Positions 22,200 through 35,700 of a stretch of DNA of 64,000 nucleotides are shown piece by piece (position 1 is the stretch's first letter; every line of letters starts with the position of its first letter). Position numbers and translations under genes: made by a program. Source of the stretch: Glaucostegus cemiculus (Eukaryota); contig CDPCPM010000013.1 of assembly GCA_976551045.1 (NCBI GenBank), positions 6,572,001 through 6,636,000 on the forward strand, given 5' to 3'. The notes under the pieces are model-generated. The model was not told where the DNA came from. It saw only the letters and a program-made list of their open reading frames with translations, and searched no databases.

Positions 22200-23025
22200 A
22201 AGGAGCTCATGGTCTTCTTCGTCATTAAGTTTGAAACAATCTGGTCTGTTACTTCTATCACTCACCCCGTCGTATCACTGGGACAACTTTTAATGTTCCC
22301 CACCCAACTTCACATGCACCCCAGACACCCATCCTGGTTCCCAACTGGTTTGAACTCTATTCACACTTAGCTATTGACCACTTCATCATGTTTTCTGATA
22401 TTAACAGTTGTTTCTCCTCAAGTATTGTCCCCTTCTCCTTCAAATGTGCCATCATCGCACCTCAACCAAAAATTCTTAGTCCTTCCATCCTTAAAAACTA
22501 TTGCCACAGCTCCAATCTCCCTTTCAGCTCCAAAGTCCTTGAATATATTGTAAACTTCACAATTCATGTTAATTTTACTCCTTACTTCATCCTTCCAATC
22601 GGGTTTCTACCTTGCCTTAATGCATTAACTGCTTTGATCCAAGGCACCAAAAACGTCTCTATGATGATAACAATGGTAATCTATCCCAAATTTTTGAGGT
22701 GCCTGTCACCTTTGACAAAGTTGACCACACTAACCTCCTTGAATGTTACTTCATGGTCATGAAGTTAGATGGAAACATGTTCACCTGGTTCCATTCTAAC
22801 CTATCCATTTATGGTCACAAAATTAACACTTATGGCTTTTTGTCCCATGCCTACACATTTATGTTTGTCCTATTTTCATCAGTATTCTGGCTTTCAACAA
22901 CATCATCTGAAAATACAATGCCAGCTTTTGTATAGTCTTCATTACCGACTCTTCTGACCTTCCCGTTTTACTGAAGTATCAGACTGTTTGATTGACGTTC
23001 AGAACTGGATGAGCAGATTTTTTTT
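22200..23025 (+). mobile_element. L2 LINE RT fragment, degenerate
   Basis: ORFs 22388-22935: IVPFSFKCAIIAP, KNYCHSSNLPFSSKVLE, FDKVDH..LL, WFHSNLS. DVQNWMS at ~22990. Confidence 0.7.
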
Positions 23026-23029
23026 GACT

Positions 23030-23240
23030 CTTGAACCCTTGATCTCCCAATCTACTTTGTTATGGACTTGCACTTTATTTGTCTATCTGCACTGCATTTT
23101 CTCTGTAACTGTAATACTATATTCTGCCTTCTGTTCTCTTTTAATTCCTCATTGTAATTATATGTGGCATGATCTGTCTGGAAGGCATGTAAAACAAAAG
23201 TTTTTCACTGTATCTTGGTACACAAAACCAAGCATACAAT
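23030..23240 (+). mobile_element. Rex1/Babar 3' UTR fragment
   Basis: CTCTTGA...CTTGCACTTTATTTGTCTATCTGCACTGCA...CTCTGTAACTGTAA...CAAAAGTTTTTCACTGTA, homologous to 23875-24090. Confidence 0.7.
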
Positions 23241-23279
23241 GGCGATTGCTTTGTCAAGCACACATGTTCTGTCTGCAAT

Positions 23280-24335
23280 GGCTATCTTGAGCTCCTGGTT
23301 GCAAGCCATTTCTACTTCCTTCCCAATTCCCATACTGATCTGTCTGTCCTCGGCCTCTTCCACTGCCAGAGTGAGGCCAAACGTAAACTAGAAGAACAGC
23401 ACCTCATATTCTGCCTGGGTAGTCTACAATCCAATGTCATGAACATTGAGTTCTCCAGTTTAAGGTAACCTGCTCCCCCTTTGTCCCTTCCTCTCTTCTA
23501 ATCTATGCAGGTTCTCTCACACACACCCTTTTCCCCAACCAACACCCCCCCAAGCCCTCTATCACCTAAATTCTTTCCCCTCCCCACTTACTCCATCTGC
23601 CCATCACCCACACATTCACCCCACTGGGTCCCCTCTCCCAACTGTTCCCACCTGCCCACCTTCCTTTACTTTCTTGGTCCCACTTTTCCTTTCTTATCAG
23701 ATTTCAAAATCTGCATCTTTTTGTCAAGGACCCACCCACCCAGATATTCTCTCTTCCCCCCCTCTCCGATTGGGCGGGTGATACAAAAGCCTGAGAGCAC
23801 ATACCACCAGGCTCAAGGACAGCTTCTACCCTGCTTTTATAAGACTATTGAACAGTCCCCTTGTACAATAAGATGGACTCTTGACCTCACAATCTACGTT
23901 GTCATGGCCTTGCACCTTATTGTCTGCACTTTCTCTGTAATTGTAATAATTTATTCTGCATTCTGTTATTGTTTCCCTTGTACCACCTCAATGTACTGAT
24001 GTGGTGAAATAATCTATGTGGATGGCATGCAAAACAAAGTTTTTCACTGTACATTGGTACATGTGACAATAATAAACCATTTTACCAATTTATTGTCTCC
24101 ACATCACCTCCTAGCTTCTGTCAGTATCTCCATCCTTCCCTCCCCCACCTGACTCCATCAGCCAACCGCTCCCCACCTGGAACCACCAATCGCTCACCAG
24201 CTCTTGCTGCACCTCTCCCCCTCACTGCTGACTATCTCCCCTCTAATCCTTCAGTCCAGATGAAAGGTCTCTACCCAAAACATTGACCATCCATTTCCCT
24301 CCACAAATGCTAAGTTCCTCCAGCAGCTTGTTTAT
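23280..24335 (+). mobile_element. Penelope-like element 3' part (GIY-YIG C-terminus, 3' UTR, hammerhead-like motif), split by Rex1
   Basis: 23289-23468 translates ELLVASHFYFLPNSHTDLSVLGLFHCQSEAKRKLEEQHLIFCLGSLQSNVMNIEFSSLR*. The 3' UTR resumes at ~24093, with a hammerhead-like motif at 24252-24289. Confidence 0.8.
23725..24092 (+). mobile_element. Rex1/Babar 3' end nested in the Penelope fragment
   Basis: KDP.HP..SLF.P motif, ACCACCAGGCTCAAGGACAGCTTCTACCC, AATAATAAACCA tail. Reverse complement of the 6524-6900 family. Confidence 0.8.
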
Positions 24336-27039
24336 TGTTGTTGTTTGCCTGACTTTTAATCCATCAGGATTAAAGGTCAAGTGAAATCTCACTTCAGTTT
24401 CAAGGCAGAATTTCAGGAAATACTAGAATCTTATCTTTATTATTAAATTTAAATTCTGCATAAAATATTGTTGAAACAAACTGAATTAAATATTCAAAGT
24501 ACTGACCTGTCTTTCCAGTAAAGGTTTAGCAGCTGATACAGTTGTTCAACTCATGTTGAGATATTAAAGCCATATTTATAGGGTGCTTCCATTTTCTGCA
24601 CTTAACTCTCCACCTGAACCTAAATCCACATGAGTCCCAATGTTGATATTCTATTGTCGTATTTTATCTTTTGCTGATTGTGGATACCCACTTTCACTGG
24701 ATGGATTGGGAAAGTTGAAGTGCAGCTCTGGGGACCAGCCTCATGTAGTTTCAGTTAACTTTTAAAATTGACATCACGGCAGTTCTCCCTTGAATCTCCC
24801 ATTAACAATCCCTTCACCACAACCTCTACAAGCCCCCTCAGGACCTCTCCCCAACACTGCCTCAGCAGTCAGTTACAATCCTCCCAAAATTCCATCCAGC
24901 CTTTCATGTATCTTATTTCCACAACAGCCCCACACAAAAGTGAATAATGCCCCTCATCCCACCTCCTGTGCCCTGTTGATCCCCCCCCCCCTCCCATGCA
25001 CATCAATCAGAGCATAGCCTCTTCATTTTCTTTTCAGCAATAGCAGAGTGAGTGGAAGAAAGAACCACGAGCATGTTGAGACTGTAAGGCTTGTTTGATT
25101 GTGAACAATGCCTTGGATCTCATGCATGATCAAATTTTGTAGCAATTGGCCCAATAATACAGCATTTGGTAGCCTACTGTAACCGTCTGAGAAAACTAAG
25201 AATTTCCAGACTGCTCTCTGGAGCAAGTACAGGAAAATAAAGTAACTGGATTGATTGGAATCAGCTGCTTTAAGTAATGCAATTAGCTGCCTTAATCTGA
25301 AAGGAAGAAGATTGCTTATTACCCACATCAAAGTTTCATATTATTTACATGATGAATATTTCAAAACCTGCTTTTTCTCTTTAGAATATTCACACAATAT
25401 GTTTTTTAATTAAAATATGTCTAGAAACTGTTCTACTTTTAAGTTAATATTCCAATTGGCAGTGATGGGGTTAATTTGGGAAAGGAAAGTTGAGTGCAAG
25501 TCAAATTATTTTACTATTTGAGTTCAAACAATATGTGGTTTGGAGAAGGGGAAGGCAGCATTGTTTGACTTATTAAATAATGGTGTACTCTTTCTTACTC
25601 AGGTCTATTCAAATAGAAAAGGAAACTCTCATGTGAAACCCCTGTGCAGGAAATGCTCCATTCCTGTAAATGAAAAATGTCACTTTGTCATCACATGACT
25701 AAATCCAGTTTAAACAATAAGTGCTTCCTGCAGCCAGGGGCCTGAACAAATGTGTGAATATTGGGAAAGAGGGACCAGCTTATCCAAACATTTTTACAGG
25801 AAAATTCTGAAGAAACTACAAGGTTCTTATAAATATTTCTTTTGGGAACAAGTACAACAGTGAAATCTTTTTTTTATGTCTTGGCCTTTAACTTTAAACA
25901 TTAATTTGATCACTTCAGACTATTTAATGGCAGTCTGACACTAGCACAAACATGTCTAAGGAGCACATTCTCATGAAAATGTGCTACATTAGGAAGGGAT
26001 AATGGTTTTTCTTTTCTGTTTTCCTTTTGGTCTGTGTTTTGCTGAGATCATAGCATGGTTTGGACAAGCTGAGCTCACAGCTGCTGGCACACAATGTTGA
26101 AAGCAACAGAAACCACCATGACCTACAGCTGTTGTATTCTCAGCCTTATAATAGCTTTTCTGCTGTGTGGTACTTAATATGAAAGAACTCTGTTTTTCAG
26201 CTAAGAATATCATTTATAAAGTTCACTGTGTCTGACCAGAGGCTATTTTATTGTTCACATCGATCGTGCAATGAAGAATAGACAAGCTGGTTGCAAATTT
26301 TTTTTTGTACCATTGCAAATGAAATGGTTTCATATTCAAAAGATACACCAGCCATATGCCTGGATCAGCAACATATTAGAAAGGGAAACTGCATTAACCA
26401 AGTTACAGCTGAGAATTGACAATATTGAAAAAGCTTGTAAGTATTCACACCAACAGCATACTTTTACGCAACCTTATAGTGAGAAATGTGTGGAGTTTCA
26501 TGTGGCTACAGCTGTTTTAGAGGAATGTCAGTTCCTGGATGCTAAGGTCACTGCCACCACCATCCAAGGAGACAAGTAACACTGACCTTCCTTATCGTCA
26601 TTGTTGCTCACTTTACAGGGGCTCTACCATGGGGCACCAGCAGATCAACAAATAGAGCTGATGCATTAGGGAGAGATTGGAAATAGAAAAGTTGATCAGA
26701 TCCAGGATTTTAAATAAATGATTTCCCAGATAGTGTAAGTTGTCACATTATCATCAAAGGAGAGAACTATTTATGTAGTACCTACTGAAAGATCTATTGT
26801 AAATTAGTGAATAATGGGAGGTTGTAATAGGCATGGTTCACTGGATAAAGTTCCAAATGCCAATACCTAACCGATGTCAATTCCATTACATATCAAACTC
26901 TTAAATGTATGCCAGAACATGAGGAGAGATGATCAAAATCATACGCACCTTGAGGAATTCAAAGTGATCCCTGCAATAATCAGAAATTATGTTACATCTA
27001 TACTTTGTAAAATGAGTCAAGATGCTTCATTGGAAAGTT

Positions 27040-27620
27040 ATTCATTCAAATTTGAAACCAAGCCTCCAAAGTATTAGAACAAGTGACAAGAAAAGGTGTA
27101 TGTTAAGGATATACCTTTATGAGGGGAGAGCAGTCACAAGTTTATTATTGAAATTAAGGTTGAGAGAGCTGAAGGTATAACCACGATGGAGGAGTGAAGG
27201 AAACAAGGGACTAGGTGAATAAAGAATCCTTGGAGGATTGCAGGGCTGGAGGAGCTAACAAAGAAAGGGAGGAGAAAATCCATGGAGGGATTTGAATTTT
27301 TACAGAGCTGATGGTGAATTGCAAGCCAATTTCAGCCAGTAATCCCAGAGGTGACAGACAACTAAGGCTCATTCAGGGTGCAATGAGCAAAGCTTTTTAA
27401 TATTTTATGTTTATAGCAGGCTGCCAGCCAGATATGTGTTAAAATAGTCTTATCCACAGATAGAAAGGCTGTGGATAAAAGTTTCAGCAGGTGAGCTGAG
27501 CCAGAGGCAGAACTGAAGGCAAGAGTGGGCTATCATACAGATGGAAAGGAAAAGAATCAGAAGTTCGGTTCAGGGTCAAATAGGTCACTAAGATTGTCAA
27601 CAGCTTCGATCAGCGTCAGC
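27040..27620 (-). mobile_element. Highly degenerate L2 3' fragment
   Basis: GGGCTGGAGGAG...AAATCCATGGAGGGATTTGAA...GAAGCCAAT-like motifs in reverse-L2 order. Confidence 0.5.
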
Positions 27621-30600
27621 AGTGGCCAGATTAGCATCTGACAGGCTTTCCAGGAGTGTAAGTCTTTATAGTTGGGCTCCGCGTAGCTATCACAACTTCA
27701 GACAACACTCCAAATGTACTCAGAGTAGGATAATAATCCCACCCACAAAATATTCACTGTCTTGGTCTTCTGTTTTCATCATAATATTTGTTTTCATGCA
27801 AAGGTTGATAGAAAACAATTTAAAAAAAGTCCACAGATTACATCATAATTTTGTAAAATTTCATCAAACTATTTGTTTCAATTTTGAAAATTTTCTTTTA
27901 ATTTGTAAACTGAATACATGTATGGAGGCTATTTCTCCCCACAGCAAATACATGTCTAGAAATTAGATTGTGTAATCTCATGCGTTACAATCCAATTTCC
28001 GTGAAAAATAAAACATGAATGAAAATTGGGGACTCACAATCTGCTTGATTTCTGCTTCAGGTTCTTCTGTACTTCTAAAGCATTAAGCATGGAGAACTCT
28101 GGGAATATGCAGTGCCGTCCTACAACATGCACAACACTTCTAGGTGCCAATCAGATTTTTTTCACGTAAGAGTGGTCTATATTTTTGACAAACCACTCCT
28201 ATATTAAGAGGATTTCATAGCAGCTTGTGGGCTGCTATGATGAGCCAGCAGCTCAGGTGGGTTATTATATTATTTTCTTGTCATCTTTCTTTCAGACGCC
28301 CAACCTTCTCCAAACTACTGACCTCATCTGACCCAATACCTCACCCTCCAACCACCCAGCCTCTCTGTTGACCAGTGATTGAATCTCTCTCACTTACCAG
28401 GCCCTTGCAGTGATCACAGGTGCCCTGCTCCCCGACACTCCACCTCCATTATCTCTGCTGATTGCTGGCAACTAACCCTCACTGCAACCACAACTTACAA
28501 TACTTCCAGTATTCAAAACTACGCAACCTGCCCCTGGACCTCTACTAAATCATGGCCTTGTGTAAAGTTGATTCAGAATAACTTAAGGATTGTCTCAGGC
28601 ACAACTGAATTTCCAGACAGCCATTGGCCTGGCATTATTGCACAACATCAGGCTCCAAGGAAATTTTCAGCAAACCGTTTTATTACTCTAATGCGCTTCT
28701 GGTGTCAGGCATTTCGCACTGGGCTTCATGGAATCATACAGCATGGATGGGGGATATTTGATTCAACATGACTGTGCTGGTTATCCAACGAGTCATGTGG
28801 AAATAAACTGTACAGGAGTCTTTGCTGCTGCCTGCACCTTCTGGTGCAGCAATGGAAGGAGAGCTGTGACATTTAAAAATGATATGCACGCTGCAACATT
28901 TATTTACAATTCATCCCATGCAATAACCTCCTTAGCACTACATTGCTGATGGGCTTTCTAGTCTGATTCATGCTTACTATATCTTAAATTAGTTAATTAG
29001 TTAAATTAAATATCTTAAACTATACAAAACAGGTGGTTGTACATAGACTACGTGATCAGCATGAGATTGGAAACTGCAAGTTCTAATTCAGCAAGACAGC
29101 ACTTAGATAAGGCACATTAGCATTGTGGTTATTGGGCTGGATTGAGCTTTACCTGCTTGTGCCTCATATACATCCCATGTGCTGTTCATGGGATCATACT
29201 TACCTTCCATGAACAGTAACGAGAATGGTGCAGATCAACAGTCTCACCACCAGGCTGCCGTAATAACCCATTAACCAGAGCATGATGTCAAAGGCCTTTT
29301 CAACTATTTCTAAATGCCTTCTTTTGTGTTGGCCATATTCTCCTTCAAAAGGGACTGTGCTGAACCTGTGGCCCCAGTGGTACCATTTGGAAAAGCATGG
29401 AGGTGTTTATTAAAAGGTACCTCTAGACATGTCCTGGTACCTGAACTATATTTCCAGCATTCCAATCGGTGGCTCAGTGACACATCTAGTAGTCTCATGG
29501 CTTTGCCTTTAACATTTCTGGGCCCCATTGCTTGCATTCTCTGTAAGCGTTTGAGCCACATTTTACAAAGGTGTATCCCTTAGCCCAAGCAGTCAGCTGA
29601 TAATCATGCCATAATATGAAATTAGATCTAGAAGAGCATATTGCTTCTGGACAAAGCAGCAGGACAGCTACTGGGGAATTTTTCACACTGTGATGCACAT
29701 CTTTCTGTGTTTGCACATCAGCTGCACATTTATAGTGGGAGCCTTTGCAATTCATGAACACTCCTGGGTGTTCTGAGGGTGCCCTGATTGCTAGAGCAGC
29801 ACATTCAAGTACCCACTCATTCTGACAGGGTTCATCAGTGGCATACTTGAAATAATTGTTTCCCTTTGAAAACAAGGCATCCCCTGCCAGACCTATGCAA
29901 CTACAGGTTTTTGAGAGGTAGATAACAGTTGTTCCCAGTGTCTGGCTGATATTGATGGTGGCTCTTTTTCAGACTAAAATTGTGGCAGCATGAATGTTGC
30001 AAGATGTGCTTCAAAGTTACCTGCAAAGTTGGTTCCCTTACTCCCTTCCACTCACAGGGCCCTGGTTCCCATATTCCCATTCAGCTCACCAGGGGTACTG
30101 TTCCTGTGCTGTATTTCAACTGACCAGGGCTCCATTTCCTACAGTACCTTCAAATTTACCTGGTTCACTGATATAATACTGTGTAATATTAAAGGAAAGT
30201 GAATGAAAAAGATATTGGGGTATTAATATAATCTGGCACCACCAAAGTCCTGAGCATGCTGGATTATTGAAGTTTTACTGTACCTGCTAATCTATTGTCA
30301 TATAGTCCCTTTGTCCCTCTTATTTTCTTTTCCATTTTTACTAAATGCAGCATTGCTGTCATCATTCAGATCCCTGAAACTATTGATGAAAATGCTTAAT
30401 TGACATGACATTTCTTCTGCCAAGCCAAAGTTCTGATAAGTTGGACACATCCACAGAACACTCATGGCAGCAATATAGAGATATCCTAAATAGTCAATAG
30501 TTTGCAAGTAGGTTTAGTAAGAGAGTATTGGCAACATTTTACTCCAGATTGGACATGGTGCCAAAGTCAGGCTGGTTAAATCTTTCCCTTCATTGAGTCT

Positions 30601-30633
30601 CACCCCACTTTGCTTAAGTCTGATTCTAGATTT

Positions 30634-30960
30634 AGTCAAGTTGAATTAAGTTTATTGTCATGTGCACAAGTATGGTGAGGTACAGGTATAATGAAAAACT
30701 TGCTTGCAGCAGCATCACAGGCATATAGGTACAGACAACATACAGAATATAAATTATACATAAAGTTATACCATACAGAGAAAAAAACAAGACTGTGCAA
30801 AAAGAAGACCTGAATGCAAAAAAAACCAAAGACACAATTGAAGACAAGTGTATGATGTGGTCCATAGTGCTCCATTGCTGAGGTAGAGTTAGGGTTGTGC
30901 AGGTAGGTTCAAAAACTTGATGATTGTAGGAAAGTAGCTGTCCTTGAACCTAGTACACAC
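30634..30960 (-). mobile_element. Rex1/Babar-type 3' tail fragment
   Basis: AGTCAAGTTGAATTAAGTTTATTGTCATGTGCACAAG...AAAAACTTGCTTGCAGCAGC...GGAAAGTAGCTGTCCTTGAACCT. Confidence 0.65.
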
Positions 30961-31856
30961 CCAGTACATTGCCTTCCACGTCCATTTGGGAAGTTACGGG
31001 CAAGGATCATGCTCACAATTCCCTGAGTGGCAGGACCAATGGGCTCTGTGCAGGATCCAGCCTCAGAACTTGAGCATTCCTGTAGGCCATGAAAGATGTA
31101 ATACAAATACGCCCTCTGTTGGAGTGGATCTGACACCACAGTTTTAACTATATGAAAACACCAGTCAATTTCCTCATCCTTCTAGCATTGTTGCAAAAGC
31201 AGCATTTAAAATAACAACCAGGTAGTTATGGTTATACAGAATGCTTATCATATGTTTTACTTGAGATTAAAGCTTGTTTTACAACCTCAGTTGGGGATAA
31301 GGCTCAGCAAGTGTAACATTTGAGTGGTCACAAGAGAAATGTGTTTCCGGACAGGCTCTGTTTCTCTTTGTTCTCTTCCATAAGGAGTGACTCAGAGTTT
31401 TTTTTTAGTCTTTACATATTATCCTACTTGTATTGTTCAGCTCTAAAATTAACACAGCAATACACTCCCTGCAATAATCAGAAGTAATATTGACATGTGA
31501 AGAAGTAAGCTGATACATAGGAGGCAATTGAACTACAGGATCTTTATCCTTCTACCCCACAGGTACAGGTTGCAGAGCCTGGAGGTGCTGCAGTGCATCC
31601 TTTTGCAGTTTATACTGCAAGCTACAGTGCACTTTAGTGGAGGGGACCTGTATTGATTTCTATAATTATTTTATTATTGTCTTGAAATTGTGTTACACTG
31701 CTTTTTTCAGCTGTAGGTCATTGAAAATTGATTTAACCCGGAGTAAATCATGTCCATGTACATTTCTGAGGTCAAATCATAGAGATGTGAAATTAGCCTG
31801 GGCTCTTGCTTTCATGAGACAACTTTATAACCTAGATGCTATTTGTGGATCAAGCA

Positions 31857-31860
<4 letters not shown>

Positions 31861-31912
<52 letters not shown>
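31861..31912. repeat. (CA)26 microsatellite
   Basis: Perfect CA run. Confidence 0.98.
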
Positions 31913-31916
<4 letters not shown>

Positions 31917-32079
31917 GTCTGACACTCCTTTTGGAGCCTTGTATTGTTATGAGGTTTCCCCATAGAAGGGCAGTCCCAAGAGAACAGGGTCTTATAAATA
32001 CAAACGTGACTGAAACAATTGCACTCTTCCTGCAGGAGGAAACACTAGCGATTTTCACCTCCTCACTAATGAAGACTTT

Positions 32080-32390
32080 GTGATTCTCCCCACCCCACAG
32101 CACCCTACACATAAAAAGAGACTCCAGCGAATTTCCACCCTCCCCACCAATGAGGATTCAAGTGTTTCTCCACCCCCCCAACTGATGAAGGATTGAATGA
32201 TTCTCCCCTCCTCACCAATGAATCCTCCAGTGATTCTCCACCCTCCCCACTACTGAAGGCTCCAGTGATTCTCCACCCTCCCCACTACTGAAGGCTCCAG
32301 TGATTCTCCCCCTCCCCACTGAAGAAGATTCCAGTGATTGTCCCCCTTCCCACTGATGAAGACCGCAGTAATTCCCTCTTCTCCTGGTAA
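32080..32390. repeat. Minisatellite, ~29-36 bp unit, about 9 diverged copies
   Basis: Unit CTCCAGTGATTCTCCACCCTCCCCACTACTGAAGG, exact at 32225-32259 and 32260-32294, with diverged flanking copies. Confidence 0.9.
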
Positions 32391-32899
32391 GATGACAAAA
32401 GCTCCTCCCCACCACCTCTCCAGACCTGCAGTTAACATCCTGAATCCTTTGTTTATAATTGAAGCTGAAGGTGGGTATTCTGTGATGATTGCCTTACCTC
32501 TTGAACAGTGCTTCCTCAAAATCCATTAGATTCAAGCCAGGAGTATTAGACATTACTTATCATTTGGCAGCCAAAGAGCACTCAGGAACCTCAGATGATT
32601 TTGGTAGCAGCACTGTTGTTAATGAAGTAACGTACACCCTCCCCTCGTGTTGTTCTGTGCCTGAATCTATGAGACAAATTCCTCTCCTTGGATTGCATAG
32701 GTCAATGGGAAGCTCCAGGTTACATATTTTTCATAAAATTCAATAGGCAAAAATGTCTTCGTGATTTTTAGTTCGTCATACAACTTAATTTGTGCTGCAA
32801 ATCAGTAAAAAGGATTCAATGTGTTTAATGACATTGGATGCCACAAAATGATGCTATAGGTTTTAACACCAGTGAAGGCCATCTTCCAATAAATACAAA

Positions 32900-33600
32900 G
32901 GTATTAACGGCAAAGACATATGACACTATATACCAGGAAAAGATAGAGAAAGTCATCCTGGATTTGTTAAAGGTAAAGCATGGCTAACTGACTTGAATTT
33001 TTTTGATGAAAGGAGATTGTTAGGGAAGTGCAATTGATGTGGTAAGTGAGGACATCAAAATGGAACTTGGTAAATGCCACATAATGGGCTAGTCATCAAG
33101 GTTGAAAGCCACACAAGAAGAGGATCTATAACAGAATAGGTGGAAAAATGGCCTTGGAAAGGTAGGGAAATGGTGGAAAGTGTATATTATAGTACCTGGG
33201 GGGTTGGTAGTAGCATCAGTGCTTTTCTTAATATATATTAATAACCTGAATGGAAAAGGTACAATTTCCAAATCTGCAGATGACACGAACCTAGAGGTGT
33301 AGTGAACTACAAGGAGGATCATAATAGGCTTCATGAAGATGTAAACAGGCTAGAGGGATGGGCAAAGAGGTGGCATCTAAAGTTTCGTGTTAAGAAATAT
33401 GAAGTGTTACACTTTGGTAGGAAGAATGAGAAAGGACAATGTAAACTAGGCACCATTCTAAAAAGAGAATCAGATAGAGCTCGAGGGTGATATGTGCAGT
33501 TCATTGAAAATGTCAGGGCACATTGTGAAAGTAGCTAAAAAGATGCAAAATCTTATAAATATAAATGGAGTCATGGAGTACAAGAGGCATGCTAAGCAAA
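32900..33600 (+). mobile_element. Degenerate CR1 RT fragment
   Basis: GGATTTGTTAAAGGTAAA (GFVKGK), TCCAAATCTGCAGATGACAC (SKSADDT), ORF 33302-33490 (RLEGWAKRWHLKF..KKYEVLHFGRKN). Confidence 0.75.
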
Positions 33601-35249
33601 ATGGTTGCTGGGAAGGACTCATGGAGACTTCTGTGTACTGACCAGGACAAATGACTAAAGGAGAGACAGTATCTTCTGTGAGGAATCACTTGAATCATTG
33701 TTCACAACATTTCCTTTCTCCTCATTTTTTTTAAAATTGTGCCTAAGTGGAAGGCCACACTTTTCCTTGTTGTGGAGCATCAAACGGCCAAGAAACTTAG
33801 TTGAATTTTGGACATTTCACTGAAGTAGCTGTTGATGCAAGAGACAATTCTATTCTAAGAACAAGACACTTTTAAATAACTTGGCACCAAGGAAATCCAC
33901 ATCAAGGTTTGTCCCTGCATTTGACCACCAATATGTTGAAGGAAGATTACGCAGTGAGGTAAATCCTACACAGAACTTCAATGTAAATATTTTCTGCTGA
34001 AGGAGCCAGGGCAGATGAAAAAAAAATGCCCTGATGCACCTGGGGGAATAAACTTCATGAGGAAATGCTTTTCAAAATCACAGTGCATAGCAGAACTGTA
34101 CTGGCAGAATAACAATTTAAGACCTGGTTTAGTTTATTGGTAACTACAAGCAACAACTAAAACAAGTCTATTATTGCTCTCCCTGTAATCTAATAGTGCT
34201 CTTCTCTAGTCTAGTCCCCTTTGTTTTGTGGTCAGATACCTGGGTTAGGCGATTGGAGCTGCATCCAATTGGGATGTAAAGTTGAGAGGAATTGGAGGCA
34301 GACACAGTGCAGGGAAGCAGAAAAGACAGCCAGGTACTGTGACTGAAATTTGATGAATTTTGCAATTATGAGCCTTTACCCCTTTTCCTCTCAGCAAAAC
34401 GAAAATTCACAAGAATTACAAAGGCTTAAAACACTATTGTTTTTTTTTTCAGATCATGTCCGAAGAAAGATGGAACTGATTAAAAACTATGCTGGGGAAT
34501 AATTTATTTCCTCTAGTTTGCAGCAGTTACTGAGTTGTGTGCCAAAACTGTGTGAAAACACAAGGATCTAAATTATGCAACACAAAAATTGATTTTTTTC
34601 CTCATTCTTATGGTTAAAATGATCAATTATTTCATTATCTAGAACATGAGGCAATAAACTAGCTGATAAATTGGGGTTACCTGGATTTCTGTCTGGCGTC
34701 TAGTTGATGGCTAACCCAAATGATACATGTTATTTGCAAAGAAAACAAAAACTGAAGTAAAGCTGCCCTCTGGACTTCACAGTAAATTAAAATTTGACAC
34801 ACTGGATCAAACCCTGAGCTGCAATCTTAACCTGGTAGATAAAGTAATAAGCTAGTCATTATAGAGTAATTTGAGGTCCCTTTGTGAAATTGCCACTTTG
34901 TAATCATTTGTAGTCACCCATTATCTTCAGTTTAATTTTTCATTAATGTTTCAATAGGTGAAACAATGAATGCACAATGAACATATTGTTCATTTGTATA
35001 CACATATCTTTCGCGTTAACCTCAAATATCGATTTCTCCACAATCTTATCCCATGTTCACTTTAGCAGATGCTCTTAAGTAACCTGCTCTCCTTTTATTA
35101 TGAAAAGTTTGGCTAGGAGTAAATGAAACTCAGTTAATGAAGAGTGTCACATTTTCTGTCTCAGGACTGGTGGGAATTTTAATTTCTAGTTGATTGACTT
35201 CAGAATGCAGTGTAAATCCAGAGTTAGCAACCAGAGGCAACCAGGAAGG

Positions 35250-35700
35250 ATAAATTGATCTTTATATGGTTTGATGCTGATTTACCAAAAAGATACCAAG
35301 GTCTATAGGATTGAAATATAAAGAAAGGTTGGATTAATCTAGTTTGGATTTTGTAGAGAACAGAAATCTGAGGATTTCTATACTTCTAAATGTATAACTA
35401 GGTACAGATAAACTCCTCCAGTGTGAGAATCCAGAATAAGGCATAAAATTAAAGATAAGTCATTTAAGAATGAAACCAAGGACCACTCCTTATATGAAAA
35501 ATTTAGCAAAAATCTTGAATTCTTTCCCACTAAATTTTGTGAATGTTGGTTAAGTGAAGCTTCATGAGTTAAATTTTTATTAGGTATGAAGGAATATGGA
35601 GTTGCAGTAGGTAAGTAGAGATGTGCTGATTAGCCAATTGAACACCAGAGTAGGACTGAGTGACTGAATTGCCGACGGCTGGTCCTATGTTCCCAAGTCA
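35250..35700 (+). mobile_element. Very degenerate CR1 3' end
   Basis: GAGAATCCAGAATAAGGCATAAA...CATTTAAGAATGAAA...GACTGAATTGCC...TCCTATGTTCC tail. Confidence 0.5.

Noticed and set aside
29195-29204. U1 snRNA 5' end (ATACTTACCT)
   Set aside because: Only a 10-nt match. Downstream sequence does not follow U1.
32080-32390. CRISPR-like array or hammerhead array (contains CTGATGAAG)
   Set aside because: Eukaryotic head-to-tail minisatellite with no unique spacers and no cas genes. No GAAA or pairable helices follow the CTGATGA.
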